From an uncultured bacterium (GTDB taxonomy: Bacteria > Zhuqueibacterota > QNDG01 > DTFT01): a DNA stretch of 64,000 nucleotides. The stretch's first letter is position 1; every line of letters begins with the position of its first letter. The translations under genes and the position numbers were made by a program. This document shows positions 18,656-29,688 of the stretch, piece by piece. The stretch is from contig CAVTNR010000009.1 of NCBI GenBank assembly GCA_963736115.1, forward strand, positions 96,001 through 160,000, read 5' to 3'. The notes beneath the pieces are model-generated. The model was not told where the DNA came from. It did not search any database and saw only the letters and a program-made list of their open reading frames with translations.

Positions 18656-21043
18656 ATGAAAAACAAATTGGGAACCGTCCTTCTCGTGTTGTCCGTGCTT
18701 GGGCTTGTCGCCATCCCCGGGAAAGCCCATGACCGGATCGAGAACGGCGTTTCCGTTCAGCCCGTCAATTTTTCGGAAACCGGCGTGAAAAAACTGATCA
18801 TTCGAGCCCTGGCAGACGACATCATTCAGATTATCCGGACCCCTTCGGATTCCGATCCGGTTCCGACAAGCCTCGTCACGGACAGCTTCAAGCCATCCGG
18901 AAACCGGATCACCGTCGAGGAACAAGGCCCCGAAATCCGTTTCAACACCGGAAAACTCATGATCCTCGTCGATTCCCGGAACGGAGAAATCACCATCCGC
19001 GATTCAAACGACGGAATCATTCTCCGGGAAGGATCCGGACGGATCATCCCCGCGGTTGTCTCAGGAGAAAAAGTCAACCATATTCAGCAGTCGTTTCAAT
19101 GGCTGGAGGGCGAGGCATTGTACGGCCTGGGCCAGCACCAGGAGGGGATATACAACTGGCGGGGTCATTACGTCGAAATGTTCCAATACAACATGAGGGC
19201 CGTGGTTCCGTTCCTGCTGTCCACGAACGGATACGGCATACTCTGGGACAATTGTTCCTATACCAAATTCAACGACACGTCCGCGGGTTCTTTCCTCTGG
19301 TCCGAAGTAGGAGGCGCGATCAGCTACTGCTTCATCTACGGGCCTGAACCGGATGCGGTCATCCGGAATTACCGGAAACTGACCGGTGACGCGCCGATGT
19401 TCCCCAGATGGGCCTACGGGTATATTCAATCGAAGGAGCGGTATCAGTCACAGCAGGAGATTCTGGACATCGCCCGGGAATACCGTGAACGCCGCATCCC
19501 GATGGACGCGGTCGTGCTGGACTGGCAGTACTGGGACGACGGACAATGGGGCCAGAAAAGCTTCAACAAGGAACGCTTCCCCGATCCTACATCCATGATC
19601 CGGACCCTCCATTCCGATTATCACACGCATTTCATGATTTCCATATGGCCGAAGATGTCGAATCGATCATCCGATTATAAAGAAATGATCAAGCATCCGG
19701 GCTTTTTGTATCCAGACAATCAGGATCCGTTTTACGACGCCTTCAATCCAAAAGCCAGGACGCTGTACTGGAAACAGGCGGAGCAGGGCCTGTTCTCGAA
19801 GGGTGTCGACGCCTGGTGGTGCGACGCCTCGGAACCCGAGCTGGACGGGTGGGATCTCAACTGCGACGCTTTCCGGACGAAAATGAAACCCTCGATAGGA
19901 TCAGGCAGCCGCTACATGAACGCTTATTCGCTGGTGCACGCGAAGGGGATTTACGAAAATCAGCGGCAAGTCACAAGCGACAAGCGCGTCGTCAATCTGA
20001 CGCGATCGGCTTTTACGGGTCAGCAGAAATACGCGGCCATCACCTGGTCCGGCGACATCACTGCGGACTGGGACGTTTTCAAGAACCAGATACCCGCGGG
20101 ATTGAATTTCTGCATGTCAGGCATACCGTACTGGACAACGGATATCGGCGCCTTTTTCATCCAATCCGCCCGCGCGGGCGGTCTCGGTACGGGCGGCTGG
20201 TTCAGGAACGGCCGTTTCGACGGGGGTACGAATGACAATGCCTACAAGGAATTGTACGTCCGGTGGTTCCAGTTCGGCGCTTTCTGTCCGATATTCAGAG
20301 CCCATGGCACGGATTTCCCGAGGGAGATATGGCGGTTCGGCGAGCCGGGAACCTGGGCCTATGACGCACTTCTGAAATTCGACAATTTAAGGTACCGGCT
20401 GATGCCCTATATTTATTCGACGGCCTGGAAGGTGACCGACGAAGGATATACGATGATGCGGGGCCTTGCCATGGATTTCGGACAGGACCCGCATGTGTTC
20501 AGTATAGACGACCAATTCATGTTCGGCCCGTCCATTCTAGTGAATCCGGTCACGCAGCCAGGCGTCACTTTTCGTCCGGTCTACCTGCCATTGGATGCGG
20601 ACTGGTATAATTTCTGGACGGGCAAGAAATATTCCGGAGGACAGACCTTTCCGGTTCCTGTTCCTGCGGACGAAATGCCGCTGTTCGTGAGAGCCGGATC
20701 CATAGTGCCGATGGGGCCCTTCATCCAGTACGCTGCTGAATCCGCGGATCCCATCGAACTGAGAATTTATCCGGGCGCGGACGGAGACTTCATCCTGTAC
20801 GAGGATGAGAACGACAATTACAACTATGAAAAGGGAGTCCGCTCCACGATACGCATGAAGTGGGACGATCAAGCCCGAAGGTTGACGATAGGGGGAAGGA
20901 AGGGAGATTTCCCGGGCATGCTCAAGAACCGGACGTTTCATGTCGTACTGGTCGGAGAAAGACGGGGAACCGGCGTCGGGATCACGCCCAATGCTGACAG
21001 GACAGTCTCCTATTCCGGGAACGAACAAACCGTAACATTTTGA
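18656..21043 (+). CDS. Glycoside hydrolase family 31 (alpha-xylosidase/glucosidase-like) with DUF5110
   Basis: Signal peptide; YGLGQHQ, LDWQYW, WWCDASEP (nucleophile), WSGD, YWTTDIGAF, RAHG. Confidence 0.92.
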   Translation: MKNKLGTVLLVLSVLGLVAIPGKAHDRIENGVSVQPVNFSETGVKKLIIRALADDIIQIIRTPSDSDPVPTSLVTDSFKPSGNRITVEEQGPEIRFNTGKLMILVDSRNGEITIRDSNDGIILREGSGRIIPAVVSGEKVNHIQQSFQWLEGEALYGLGQHQEGIYNWRGHYVEMFQYNMRAVVPFLLSTNGYGILWDNCSYTKFNDTSAGSFLWSEVGGAISYCFIYGPEPDAVIRNYRKLTGDAPMFPRWAYGYIQSKERYQSQQEILDIAREYRERRIPMDAVVLDWQYWDDGQWGQKSFNKERFPDPTSMIRTLHSDYHTHFMISIWPKMSNRSSDYKEMIKHPGFLYPDNQDPFYDAFNPKARTLYWKQAEQGLFSKGVDAWWCDASEPELDGWDLNCDAFRTKMKPSIGSGSRYMNAYSLVHAKGIYENQRQVTSDKRVVNLTRSAFTGQQKYAAITWSGDITADWDVFKNQIPAGLNFCMSGIPYWTTDIGAFFIQSARAGGLGTGGWFRNGRFDGGTNDNAYKELYVRWFQFGAFCPIFRAHGTDFPREIWRFGEPGTWAYDALLKFDNLRYRLMPYIYSTAWKVTDEGYTMMRGLAMDFGQDPHVFSIDDQFMFGPSILVNPVTQPGVTFRPVYLPLDADWYNFWTGKKYSGGQTFPVPVPADEMPLFVRAGSIVPMGPFIQYAAESADPIELRIYPGADGDFILYEDENDNYNYEKGVRSTIRMKWDDQARRLTIGGRKGDFPGMLKNRTFHVVLVGERRGTGVGITPNADRTVSYSGNEQTVTF

Positions 21044-21051
21044 CATTCACC

Positions 21052-21133
21052 GCCCACGGTTTCAATGGTGGGCTGCCGGCTCCTTGTGGTCGCATAAAGC
21101 CTCCCGCGGGTTTTGAAAATCCGCGGGAGGCTT
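21052..21133. repeat. Composite palindromic repeat (GCCCACG..GTGGGC + AAGCCTCC..GGAGGCTT); second hairpin is a likely terminator
   Basis: Same two-hairpin order recurs at 22306-22400; U-rich tail follows 21133. Confidence 0.65.
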
Positions 21134-21193
21134 CTTTTTGACAACATCGGACTTTGGATTCGTTGGACGCGTGCGCGTCGCTACAGCCCGGTC

Positions 21194-22210
21194 TCAGAGC
21201 GGCTTCACGGGCACGCAGATGTCGATGATGTGCTTGTGCTCCGGATGCTCGGACGGGTCATTGTGGCACCACTCATAACACGGTCCGTCCGCGGGCTGAT
21301 AACCGCTCTTCGGCAGCCAGTCGCCGCACACAAAATCCCAGGCCTGCTGGAACTGGTCCTGGGAAATCTCGAAATGCGCCAGAGCATACCGGCCGGCGGG
21401 GATGTTCATCTTTCCGATCTCCCCCCCGACCGCGGTGTCCGGAGGAACGGTGATGCAGACGCTGGTCCTCAGGTTCTCCTCGTCCGTAATTTCGGGATCG
21501 TCGTGGTACACGCTGAGGCACTTCAAGTCCGGCTGAGCCATCAGACCTCTCGGCCCGGCCCATGTCATGAGTTTCGACCACAGCGATTGGAACAGTTTGG
21601 AGTTCCCCTTGTACGGCCCGATGTGCCGCACGTACGCCAACGTCATCACGGGCATGTCGCGAACCTCGACCTTCACATTTTTCGCGTTCAGCATGTTTCG
21701 TCTCCTTTTATTCTGCGGGTGGATGGGATCGTCCGGCCCGCGGGCGCCTGCGCCGGCCGTGTCGAAACCAATATACCCGCTTGAGACGAAACGATCTTTC
21801 CGGTTCTTGCGATCCGTTTTTCCGTTCTTGCTTTTCGCTTGACCGATCTTGCGAAGGCCGCGATATCCCCCAGCCCGCCAGGCGCTCGCGCTCATTCCGA
21901 AATATCCCCGGAACAGCCTCGCGAAAGGCGCGGATCCGGAAAAACCGCAATCCAGGGCTATTTCCGTGACGGACTTTTTCGGATTCGCGACCAGTATAGC
22001 TGCCGCCTTCTCGACCCGGAGCCGCTGGATGAACCGGCTCAGGGTCTCTCCCACCATGGCCCGAAAGATGCGGTGGAAGTGGAAGGGGGAGAAGTTCGCG
22101 ACTTCGGCGAGTTCGTTCAGCCGCAGGGGCCTGTCGAGGTGAATCTGGATGTAATCCATGACGCGGTTGATCCGCGCCCGGTAATCCTCTTCATGGATGG
22201 AAAGGTTCAT
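21194..22210 (-). CDS. AraC family transcriptional regulator with GyrI-like ligand-binding domain
   Basis: RINRVMDYI...FSPFHFHRIF...EIALDCGFS HTH; C-terminal YVRHIGPY, YHDDPEIT, WLPKSGY. Confidence 0.92.
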   Translation of the reverse strand: MNLSIHEEDYRARINRVMDYIQIHLDRPLRLNELAEVANFSPFHFHRIFRAMVGETLSRFIQRLRVEKAAAILVANPKKSVTEIALDCGFSGSAPFARLFRGYFGMSASAWRAGGYRGLRKIGQAKSKNGKTDRKNRKDRFVSSGYIGFDTAGAGARGPDDPIHPQNKRRRNMLNAKNVKVEVRDMPVMTLAYVRHIGPYKGNSKLFQSLWSKLMTWAGPRGLMAQPDLKCLSVYHDDPEITDEENLRTSVCITVPPDTAVGGEIGKMNIPAGRYALAHFEISQDQFQQAWDFVCGDWLPKSGYQPADGPCYEWCHNDPSEHPEHKHIIDICVPVKPL

Positions 22211-22262
22211 GCGTTGATTCCCTTGGGCTTGTCGAGTATACTGATGCGGGACGGTTAATATT

Positions 22263-22400
22263 TATTGAAACCGATGAATCGGTTTCAATACATTCCCAAT
22301 CCTTCGCCCACGACTGAAGTCGTGGGCTGCAATCATGACGACCGACCGCAAGCTCAGAAGAGAAGCCTCCCAAGGATTTTCCAAACCAATAGGAGGCTTC
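22263..22400. repeat. Cluster of three palindromes (TTGAAACCGAT/ATCGGTTTCAA; GCCCACGACTGAAGTCGTGGGC; AAGCCTCC/GGAGGCTT)
   Basis: Direct inspection; the last two mirror 21052-21133. Confidence 0.65.
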
Positions 22401-22417
22401 GTGTATTTACATAAACG

Positions 22418-22450
22418 AAAAAAGGATCAATGACTGATTGATCCTTTTTT
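22418..22450 (-). terminator. Intrinsic (bidirectional-type) terminator after tRNA
   Basis: aaaaaaggatcaat-gact-gattgatcctttttt. Confidence 0.8.
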
Positions 22451-22455
22451 CTTCG

Positions 22456-22528
<73 letters not shown>

Positions 22529-22547
22529 ATCGTTGTAAAGCCTATAC

Positions 22548-22575
22548 AGTATAACGTTTTTTGCCCAAAAGTCAA
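22548..22575 (-). promoter_or_regulatory. sigma70 promoter of tRNA-fMet
   Basis: TTGACT-N16-TATACT on the minus strand. Confidence 0.65.
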
Positions 22576-22648
22576 GCCCTAATTTGCATTTTCCCGGTTT
22601 TTACCCCCATAACGGGCTTTCCGGACGGGAAAACCGGACGCAGGCGGT

Positions 22649-25600
22649 TCAGGCGGCCGCAACCTGGGCCGGTCTGGGCATTTCCTCATCCTCCCATTTC
22701 ACGGACACGAGTTTCGACACGCCCTCCTCCTCCATGGTCACTCCGTACATCGCCTGGGCGCACCGCATGGTCCGCTTGTTGTGCGTGACTATGACGAACT
22801 GGGTTTTTTTCGCGTACTCCGCAAGCGCGCTGGTGAACCTTTCCACATTGGCGTCGTCAAGCGGGGCGTCGATTTCGTCCAGGATGCAGAAGGGGCTGGG
22901 CTTGACCTCATACATGGCGAACAGAAGGGAGATCGCGGTCAGCGCCTTTTCGCCTCCGGACAACAGGTCAAGCGCGCGCAGTTGTTTTCCAGCCGGCCGG
23001 GCCAGGATCTCGATCTGGGCATCGAGTACGTCCTCGCCTTCCGCCATCCGCAGATCCGCCTCCCCGCCCTGGAAGAAACGGGAGAACGTCTGCCTGAAAT
23101 TGACGCGGACCTGGTCGAAGACCTCCTGGAACCGCTGGCGCGCCGTCTCATTGATCTTGGTGATGGTTTCCTTGAGCGTCCCCTCCGCGGAGAGCAGGTC
23201 CTCCCGCTGTTGAAGCAGAAAATCGAGCCGAGCCTTCTGCTGCTCGTACTCCTGGAGCGCGGCGATGTTCACCGGACCCAGGTTCTTGATCCGCCGCTTC
23301 ATGTCCTCAATGCCCTTTTCGGCCTCTTCCAGCACGAATGGATCGGGACACGACAGCTTTTCAAGCTCGACGCCGAAGTTCTCCCACAGATGGTTCCGCA
23401 GCGTCAGCACCTGGTGCTCGATCTCTGAAATTTCCATCTGCAGACCGTGTATCTTCTCCGACACTTCCTCCCGGTCGCGCCGGACCTGCCGCACTTCCTT
23501 TTCCTTGGTTTCGAGGGCTTCCCTCAACGCCTGGAATTCCTCCTCGCGCCGCCGCTTCTCGGCCTCCTTGTCTTCCTTCTCCTGAAGCTGTTCGAGCAGG
23601 CGCTGTTCGATGCCGGCCGTCTCTTCCGTGAGCCGCCGGATGTCGGCATCGGCCTGGGCGGTCTCGACGCCCCGCTGGGTGATGGTGGCCTCGATTTCGG
23701 CGAGCAGTTTCTTCGAGCGCTCGATGTCGTAATCGAGATTCTGGGCCTCTCCGTTGTGCCGGACCACCGCGATGTTGAGCCGGTGGACCTCCTCCTCCAT
23801 TTTCTTGCCATCGCCCTCCAGCCGCTCCACCTCGGTCTGGATGTGGGCCGCCAGCGTCTCGTTGCGCTCCCGGTCCTCGAGCAGAGACTGAACGCGGGGC
23901 CGCAGGCCCTCGAGCAGATCGCGTCCCTTCTCGAGCTCCTTCAGCAGTTTGCCGCGCTCCTCCGAATTCCGCTGTAATCCGTCCTGGGCCTTTTCGCCTT
24001 CGACCTGGGTTTTGGTGCGCTGTTTTTCCACAGTGAGAATGCGCGTCTCGAGCTCCCGGACGGACTGCTCGGCGTGTTCGCGCTCCTTCTGGAGTTCGCC
24101 GATACGCGATTCCATCTCCCCCATGCGCTTCTCCGCCTCGGCGTTCTGCCGGACGATGCCGGCGATCCGCTCCTCCAGCTCGGCAATACGCTGCCTGCGG
24201 CCGACGAGGCTCGTGTCCTGCGTGGTGGTCGGATTGTTCTCCAGCACGCCCCAGTCGCTGACCAGCTCGCCCTCGAGCGTGGCCGCGCGGATGCCCAGCC
24301 CGGCCATGGCTTCAATGGACTGTTTCGCGGAATCGAGGTCCCGGACGATGAGCAGGTCGGACAGGAGCAACTGGGCCAGGCTTCGGACCGCGGGATCGAA
24401 ACGCACGAGTTCATCCGCCCAGCCGATGGCTGATGCGCCTTCCGGAAGTTCCGGATGGGGCCTGGGCGCGGGCGCTTTGGAAATACGGTCCAGGGACACC
24501 AGGGCCGCGCGTCCGCCGCCGCCCCGCTTCAGCCGCTCAAGCGCTGAAACCGCCCTGCCGAAATCACTGAACACCACGTAACGGGCCGCCTCACCTAAAC
24601 CGATTTCCACCGCGGGCCTGTATTCCGGGGCCGTTTCGATGAGGTCCGCGAGGACGCCCACCAGGCCTTCGGGATTCTGCTCGAGCAGGCGCTTGGACCC
24701 GTCGCTCATGCCCTCCCGGCTCTCGATGATGTGCTGAATGAAGTTCTTCCGACCCTGAAGATTGTCGAGTTCGCCCTGGTCGCGGAAATACTGCTCCTTG
24801 GCCGCCTCGAGCGACTTGCGGCCGCGTTCAATCTCCTCCGCAGCGCGTTCCATCGCCGCCCGGACCTGGCCGCGCTGATCGGACAAGGCGCTGAAGTCGG
24901 TTTCAACCACCGTGTGGCTTTCGTGAACCCGGGACTGGTCGTTCCGGAAGGCGGCATCCTCCTCGTCCAGCCGCTCAAGCCGTCCCCGGTTGTTGTCCAT
25001 GCGCGCCCGGTGCTGAGTCTCCTCATTGTTGAGGCGGCTCACTTCCTCCAGGCAGCCGATGATCTCCTGCTTCTTCTTGTTGAGATCCAGCCGCTTGAGG
25101 TTCAGGCCCTGCTGGAACACATCGAGTTCCATTTTCTTGTTGTTGAAGAGGCGGCCGGTGCTCGTGATCCTGACCTGCAGGGCCTCTCGTTCGGCCGCGG
25201 CCCTTTCGAGGTGGGTTTTCTGCTCCTCGCGTCGCTGGACGAGGCTCTCCACTTCCTGGCCGTACCGGGTGATGCGGTCCTTCAGTCCTTCGATGCGCTC
25301 GCGGCCCACGCGAAGATCCGTCTCTCCGCGGTGGAGGGTTTCGGTCAGGGCGGTCAAAATTTCCTGCGCGGCGACAAACGCCTTCTCCCGCGCGGTCAGT
25401 TCGAGCCGCACGCTCTCGAGATCCGCCTCCTCCCGGGATATTTCGGTCGTGCTGCCCTCCTTGCGGCGCTGGCAGTCGTCGATCGCCGCGCGAAGCGGCT
25501 CCTCCCGGTTCCGGAACTGGCGGAGCAGGTATCCGCCGCGGTCCAGCTCGAACGCCTTCAGCCGCTCCTCGAGCACCTGATAATGCCGTGCCTTCTGCAC

Positions 25601-26224
25601 CTGTCGGCCCAGCGATCGCACCGTCCGGTCGATTTCGCCGATGATGTCGTTCACCCGGAGCAGGTCCTGCTGGGTGGCTTCGAGCTTGCGTATGGCCGCC
25701 TTGAGGCGGTGCTTGTATTTCGTGACTCCGGCGGCCTCCTCGATGAGTTTACGCCGGTCCTCCGCCTTCTCGCTGATGATGTCCTCGACCATCTTGAGCT
25801 CGATCACGGAGTACATGCCCGTTCCGATACCCGTGTCCATGATCAGGTCATGCACGTCCTTGAGACGGACCTGGGACTTGTTCAGCAGGTATTCACTCTC
25901 GCCGGACCGGTACAGCCGGCGGGTGATGATCACTTCCTTGTAGTCGATGGGGAGCAGGTGCGCCGAATTGTCGAAGGTGAGAGAAACCTCGGCCATACCG
26001 AGCGGCCGGGAAGACTGGGCGCCTCCGAAAATGACGTTCTCCATCCGGTCGGCGCGGAGTACGGAATAGCGCTGTTCGCCGAGCCCCCAACGGAGAGCAT
26101 CCACGATATTGGTTTTACCACAGCCGTTCGGTCCCACCACGGCGGTGATGCGGCCGTCGAAACGCAGTTCCGTCTTGCGGGCAAACGATTTGAATCCGAG
26201 GATGTCGATCTTCGATAATATCAT
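22649..26224 (-). CDS. smc: Chromosome segregation protein SMC
   Basis: [15 protein letters not shown], long coiled coils, hinge, [27 protein letters not shown]. Confidence 0.97.
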   Translation of the reverse strand: MILSKIDILGFKSFARKTELRFDGRITAVVGPNGCGKTNIVDALRWGLGEQRYSVLRADRMENVIFGGAQSSRPLGMAEVSLTFDNSAHLLPIDYKEVIITRRLYRSGESEYLLNKSQVRLKDVHDLIMDTGIGTGMYSVIELKMVEDIISEKAEDRRKLIEEAAGVTKYKHRLKAAIRKLEATQQDLLRVNDIIGEIDRTVRSLGRQVQKARHYQVLEERLKAFELDRGGYLLRQFRNREEPLRAAIDDCQRRKEGSTTEISREEADLESVRLELTAREKAFVAAQEILTALTETLHRGETDLRVGRERIEGLKDRITRYGQEVESLVQRREEQKTHLERAAAEREALQVRITSTGRLFNNKKMELDVFQQGLNLKRLDLNKKKQEIIGCLEEVSRLNNEETQHRARMDNNRGRLERLDEEDAAFRNDQSRVHESHTVVETDFSALSDQRGQVRAAMERAAEEIERGRKSLEAAKEQYFRDQGELDNLQGRKNFIQHIIESREGMSDGSKRLLEQNPEGLVGVLADLIETAPEYRPAVEIGLGEAARYVVFSDFGRAVSALERLKRGGGGRAALVSLDRISKAPAPRPHPELPEGASAIGWADELVRFDPAVRSLAQLLLSDLLIVRDLDSAKQSIEAMAGLGIRAATLEGELVSDWGVLENNPTTTQDTSLVGRRQRIAELEERIAGIVRQNAEAEKRMGEMESRIGELQKEREHAEQSVRELETRILTVEKQRTKTQVEGEKAQDGLQRNSEERGKLLKELEKGRDLLEGLRPRVQSLLEDRERNETLAAHIQTEVERLEGDGKKMEEEVHRLNIAVVRHNGEAQNLDYDIERSKKLLAEIEATITQRGVETAQADADIRRLTEETAGIEQRLLEQLQEKEDKEAEKRRREEEFQALREALETKEKEVRQVRRDREEVSEKIHGLQMEISEIEHQVLTLRNHLWENFGVELEKLSCPDPFVLEEAEKGIEDMKRRIKNLGPVNIAALQEYEQQKARLDFLLQQREDLLSAEGTLKETITKINETARQRFQEVFDQVRVNFRQTFSRFFQGGEADLRMAEGEDVLDAQIEILARPAGKQLRALDLLSGGEKALTAISLLFAMYEVKPSPFCILDEIDAPLDDANVERFTSALAEYAKKTQFVIVTHNKRTMRCAQAMYGVTMEEEGVSKLVSVKWEDEEMPRPAQVAAA

Positions 26225-26315
26225 GACGAACGGCCGATTCCTTATTGAGAATAAAAATCCCCCTGCGGGAATGATTGGGAGGGGGTATGAGATGGTCCGG
26301 TCGGAAAATCTGTTA

Positions 26316-26344
26316 AATATACCCATTCGTCAAAACGTTGTCAA
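26316..26344 (-). promoter_or_regulatory. sigma70 promoter of smc
   Basis: TTGACA-N17-TATATT on the minus strand. Confidence 0.65.
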
Positions 26345-26874
26345 GGGAAATGTTCCCATGAAAAACAGGGTTTTCAAAGGATTTACGTTCACGAAATCGA
26401 TTTCGAAACTTCGCTGCACCCTTCTCTCAGGTTATGTTAAATAATCAGCATAAAATCAGCCTGATCGGCCCGATTTTACTGCTTTCACGATTCTCCAGGC
26501 TTCTATCAAGGGCCGCCGGATTATACAAAAAGGGTTGCTTTTGTGACGGGAATTCTCTAAGTTAATCCCAATAGGGACAATAATTTGTTGTTGAAGGATG
26601 GAAAATAAGAATATATCTTTAATTCTATTCGCTTTGCAGGATTCGCCGGTCATAATCCCGGGACCCTGTCCGGACTGTTTTAACCCCCATTCCTGCGACA
26701 GCACCATTTCCGGCAACCGGAAGTCCCGCTTCACCTCCTTCAATAACCCTGTTTTTCATGATCCTATATACGCAATGACTGTCGATGAAATCAATCCGCT
26801 TCCGACACCGCGATCACTTAAGCTCGGCATCCGACTCAGCCTGAAAACGCCGGCAGAAAGGGCGGAAACCCGGC

Positions 26875-28095
26875 ATGGACGCTGAGGCGCTGGCCGCCAT
26901 GCGCGACGCGGTTCGCCGGGAACTGCTCGGCAATATCCTGCCGTTCTGGATGCGGCACGCGCCGGATCCCGTGCGGGACGGTTTCCGCGGCCGCGTTTCG
27001 AACGATCTTGTGCCGGACGACGCGGCGCCGCGAGGACTGATTGTCAATGCGCGCATTCTGTGGACCTTCTCCGCCGCGCACCGCGTCCACCCCGATCCCG
27101 CCTTCCTGGACATGGCCGATCGAGCGGCCGACGCGCTGATGACCGGTTTCTGGGATACCGACAAAGGCGGCGCATTCTGGATGCTGAACCCGGACGGTTC
27201 GCCTTTCGATCCAAAGAAGAAAATATACGGCCAGGCCTTTTTCATTTACGCCCTGGCCGAATATGTCCGGACCACCGGTGACGCAGCTGCCCTGGAACGC
27301 GGACGGGAGGCATTCGGCCTGGTCGAGCGGCACGGTTATGACCATGCGAACACCGGATATTTCGAGACGTACGAGCGGGACTGGACACTCGCCGCGGACC
27401 TTCGGCTGAGCGCCAAGGACCTCAACGAGGCCAAATCCATGAACACCCACCTCCATCTGATGGAGGCGTACGCCAACCTCTACCGGGTCTGGAAGGACGG
27501 CTTCCTGGCCGGTCGTCTGAGGCAGCTCATCCTCAATTTCAGGGACCGGATCATCGACCGCGAAAAGAACCGGATGATCTGTTTCTTCAACGAAACCTGG
27601 GAGCCCCGCTCCGGTTTGATCTCATTCGGTCACGACATCGAGGCGAGCTGGCTTCTGTGCGAAGCCGCCGACACCCTGGACGACCCGGCTCTATCCGGAG
27701 AGATCCGCGCCATCGCGATTCGGATGGCCGAAGCGGTATACAACCATGGCCGCGACCTGGACGGCAGCCTTTGGTACGAGGCGGACCCCTCCGGCATCGT
27801 CGATTTCGACAAGCACTTCTGGGTGCAGGCCGAGGCTGTCGTGGGTTTTCTCAACGCCTTTCTGCTGTCCGGCGACGGCCGGTACCTCGAAGCTTCGCGC
27901 CTGGCCTGGATTTTCATCGACCGGCACCTGGTCGACCGCACCTACGGAGACTGGGTCTATAGGGTGGACCGGAACGGGAATCCGGCCGGAGACGAGCCCA
28001 AAATATCGGAATGGAAATGTCCCTATCATTCCGGCCGCATGTGCCTCGAAGCAGAGGAGCGCCTGGGCCGGATACTGGAAGGAATCCGCGGGTGA
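26875..28095 (+). CDS. Cellobiose 2-epimerase (AGE superfamily)
   Basis: NARILWTFS, KSMNTHLHLMEAY, SFGHDIEASWL, WVQAEA, WKCPYH. Confidence 0.9.
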   Translation: MDAEALAAMRDAVRRELLGNILPFWMRHAPDPVRDGFRGRVSNDLVPDDAAPRGLIVNARILWTFSAAHRVHPDPAFLDMADRAADALMTGFWDTDKGGAFWMLNPDGSPFDPKKKIYGQAFFIYALAEYVRTTGDAAALERGREAFGLVERHGYDHANTGYFETYERDWTLAADLRLSAKDLNEAKSMNTHLHLMEAYANLYRVWKDGFLAGRLRQLILNFRDRIIDREKNRMICFFNETWEPRSGLISFGHDIEASWLLCEAADTLDDPALSGEIRAIAIRMAEAVYNHGRDLDGSLWYEADPSGIVDFDKHFWVQAEAVVGFLNAFLLSGDGRYLEASRLAWIFIDRHLVDRTYGDWVYRVDRNGNPAGDEPKISEWKCPYHSGRMCLEAEERLGRILEGIRG

Positions 28096-28216
28096 AGCGC
28101 ATCAGAAGGAGAACGCTTCAGCGGACTGGGAATTGAACCATTAACCGTTGTCCCGGGCGGCCTTCAGGCACCCCGTGGACGAAACGATTCAATACAAAAT
28201 AGGAGTTATACGCATC

Positions 28217-29152
28217 ATGGCTTCAGAATTTCCCGGCACCCGCCGGACCGAATCCGCGGGCTACACCGACTGTCTGGTTCTCGAAAATGCCGAAGCGCGC
28301 GTGGTTCTCGGGCATCAGTCGGGAGGCCGCGTCCTGGAATACGCCCTCAACGGGCAGAACGTGATTTATCTGGATCCGGAGCAGAACGGAAAGACCTGGA
28401 AAACAGGCGATCCGCCGTACCACCCGAGGGGCGGCCGGTTCGACATCGGGCCGGAGAAACTCATGCCCCCGCATCCCGCGCTGTGGATCGGGGAATGGTC
28501 GTCCGCTGCCACCGGGCCCCGGACCGGCCGGATGATGAGCGTCGTGGATCCGGACACGGGCATTCAGATCATCCGCGACTTCAAGCTGGACGAAGACTCT
28601 TCCCGGCTGTCCTGCCGCCAGACTATGATGAACAAATCAAAGACCGCCGTGGCCCGTCTCTGCCATTGGGGAAGAACCCTGGTGACGGGCGGCGGCATCG
28701 TCGTCATGCCCCTCGGCGAATACAGCCGGTTCCCGAAAAAGTACGTGCTGTACGGCCCGGACGATTCCATTCTGTTCAATCCGTCCGATCCCAACGTGCG
28801 CGAACGCGACGGATACCTGGAAATCCTCGGACCGCCGAAGCATCCCAAAACCGGCATGGATTCGGCCGAGGGCTGGCTCGCCTGCCTGATGCCCCAGAAC
28901 CTGATGTTCCTGAAAAGCTACGCGACCTACCCGGAGCGCGGCTACAATGAAATCGCGGGGCTCACCGTGTCGGTCTGGATGCCCGCGGACGGAAACATGA
29001 TCGAACTCGAGCCCATCGGACCGATGGAAACGCTGAAACCCGGCCAGTCCGCCGTATTCGAGGAGGAATGGTGGCTGGTTCCGTTCGAGTTCCCGCAGGA
29101 CCGGAACGTCGACCTCGCATCCCTTGAAGAGGCCGTGCAGAACGAACTCTGA
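28217..29152 (+). CDS. Hypothetical protein, probable galactose-mutarotase-like beta-sandwich
   Basis: AGGAG RBS; GGRVLEY, GGRFDIGPE, ELEPIGP...L.PG pattern; follows a sugar epimerase. Confidence 0.6.
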   Translation: MASEFPGTRRTESAGYTDCLVLENAEARVVLGHQSGGRVLEYALNGQNVIYLDPEQNGKTWKTGDPPYHPRGGRFDIGPEKLMPPHPALWIGEWSSAATGPRTGRMMSVVDPDTGIQIIRDFKLDEDSSRLSCRQTMMNKSKTAVARLCHWGRTLVTGGGIVVMPLGEYSRFPKKYVLYGPDDSILFNPSDPNVRERDGYLEILGPPKHPKTGMDSAEGWLACLMPQNLMFLKSYATYPERGYNEIAGLTVSVWMPADGNMIELEPIGPMETLKPGQSAVFEEEWWLVPFEFPQDRNVDLASLEEAVQNEL

Positions 29153-29324
29153 CCGGTTCAGCCCGGCTCCGTTCGGAAGGGGCCGTCCGCAGGCCGCCGG
29201 TTCAGCAACCGGTCCTGGGGACGGCCCCGCACGTCCGGATCTTCTGCGCTTTTCCCCGATTGCGCCACCTCCCGCCTACCCTCTGAGAGTCACCATGACC
29301 GACGGAATCCTCATCCGGCCGATT

Positions 29325-29479
29325 GAAGCTCCCCGCCGCAAGCGGCGGGGATTCTTCTATCTGTAAAGAAAAGACATTTTATATTCGCTCGCTAACCCCG
29401 GGGCCCGCTACGCGGGATCAAGCTATTATATGTCTTTTTGTTGAAGACAAACCCCGGGGAATGCGCTCGCTGTCAGATT
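29325..29479 (+). mobile_element. Full-length family A double-hairpin element (155 bp) with nested 44-nt insert at 29404-29447
   Basis: Bounded by GATT at 29321-29324 and 29476-29479; removal restores the GNAT reading frame. Confidence 0.85.
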
Positions 29480-29688
29480 CGCAGAACGGACGTGCCTTCC
29501 TTCAGGGAACTGCTGGACGCCGTATGCCGCGAAAGACGGCATCTCGCCTTTACGGAGGCGCCGCCGCTGGCTGATGGGTACCGGTATGTGACAGACGGGA
29601 TGCGGAAAAAGGACGTACAGATTGTGGCCCTGGCCGGGGTCGAGATTGCGGGATGGTGCGATGTGACGCGGATGGACTTGCCCGGGTT

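Noticed and set aside
26456-26885. Two ~95-aa ORFs in the smc-epimerase spacer
   Set aside because: Overlapping on opposite strands, atypical composition, no recognisable family or well-placed RBS.
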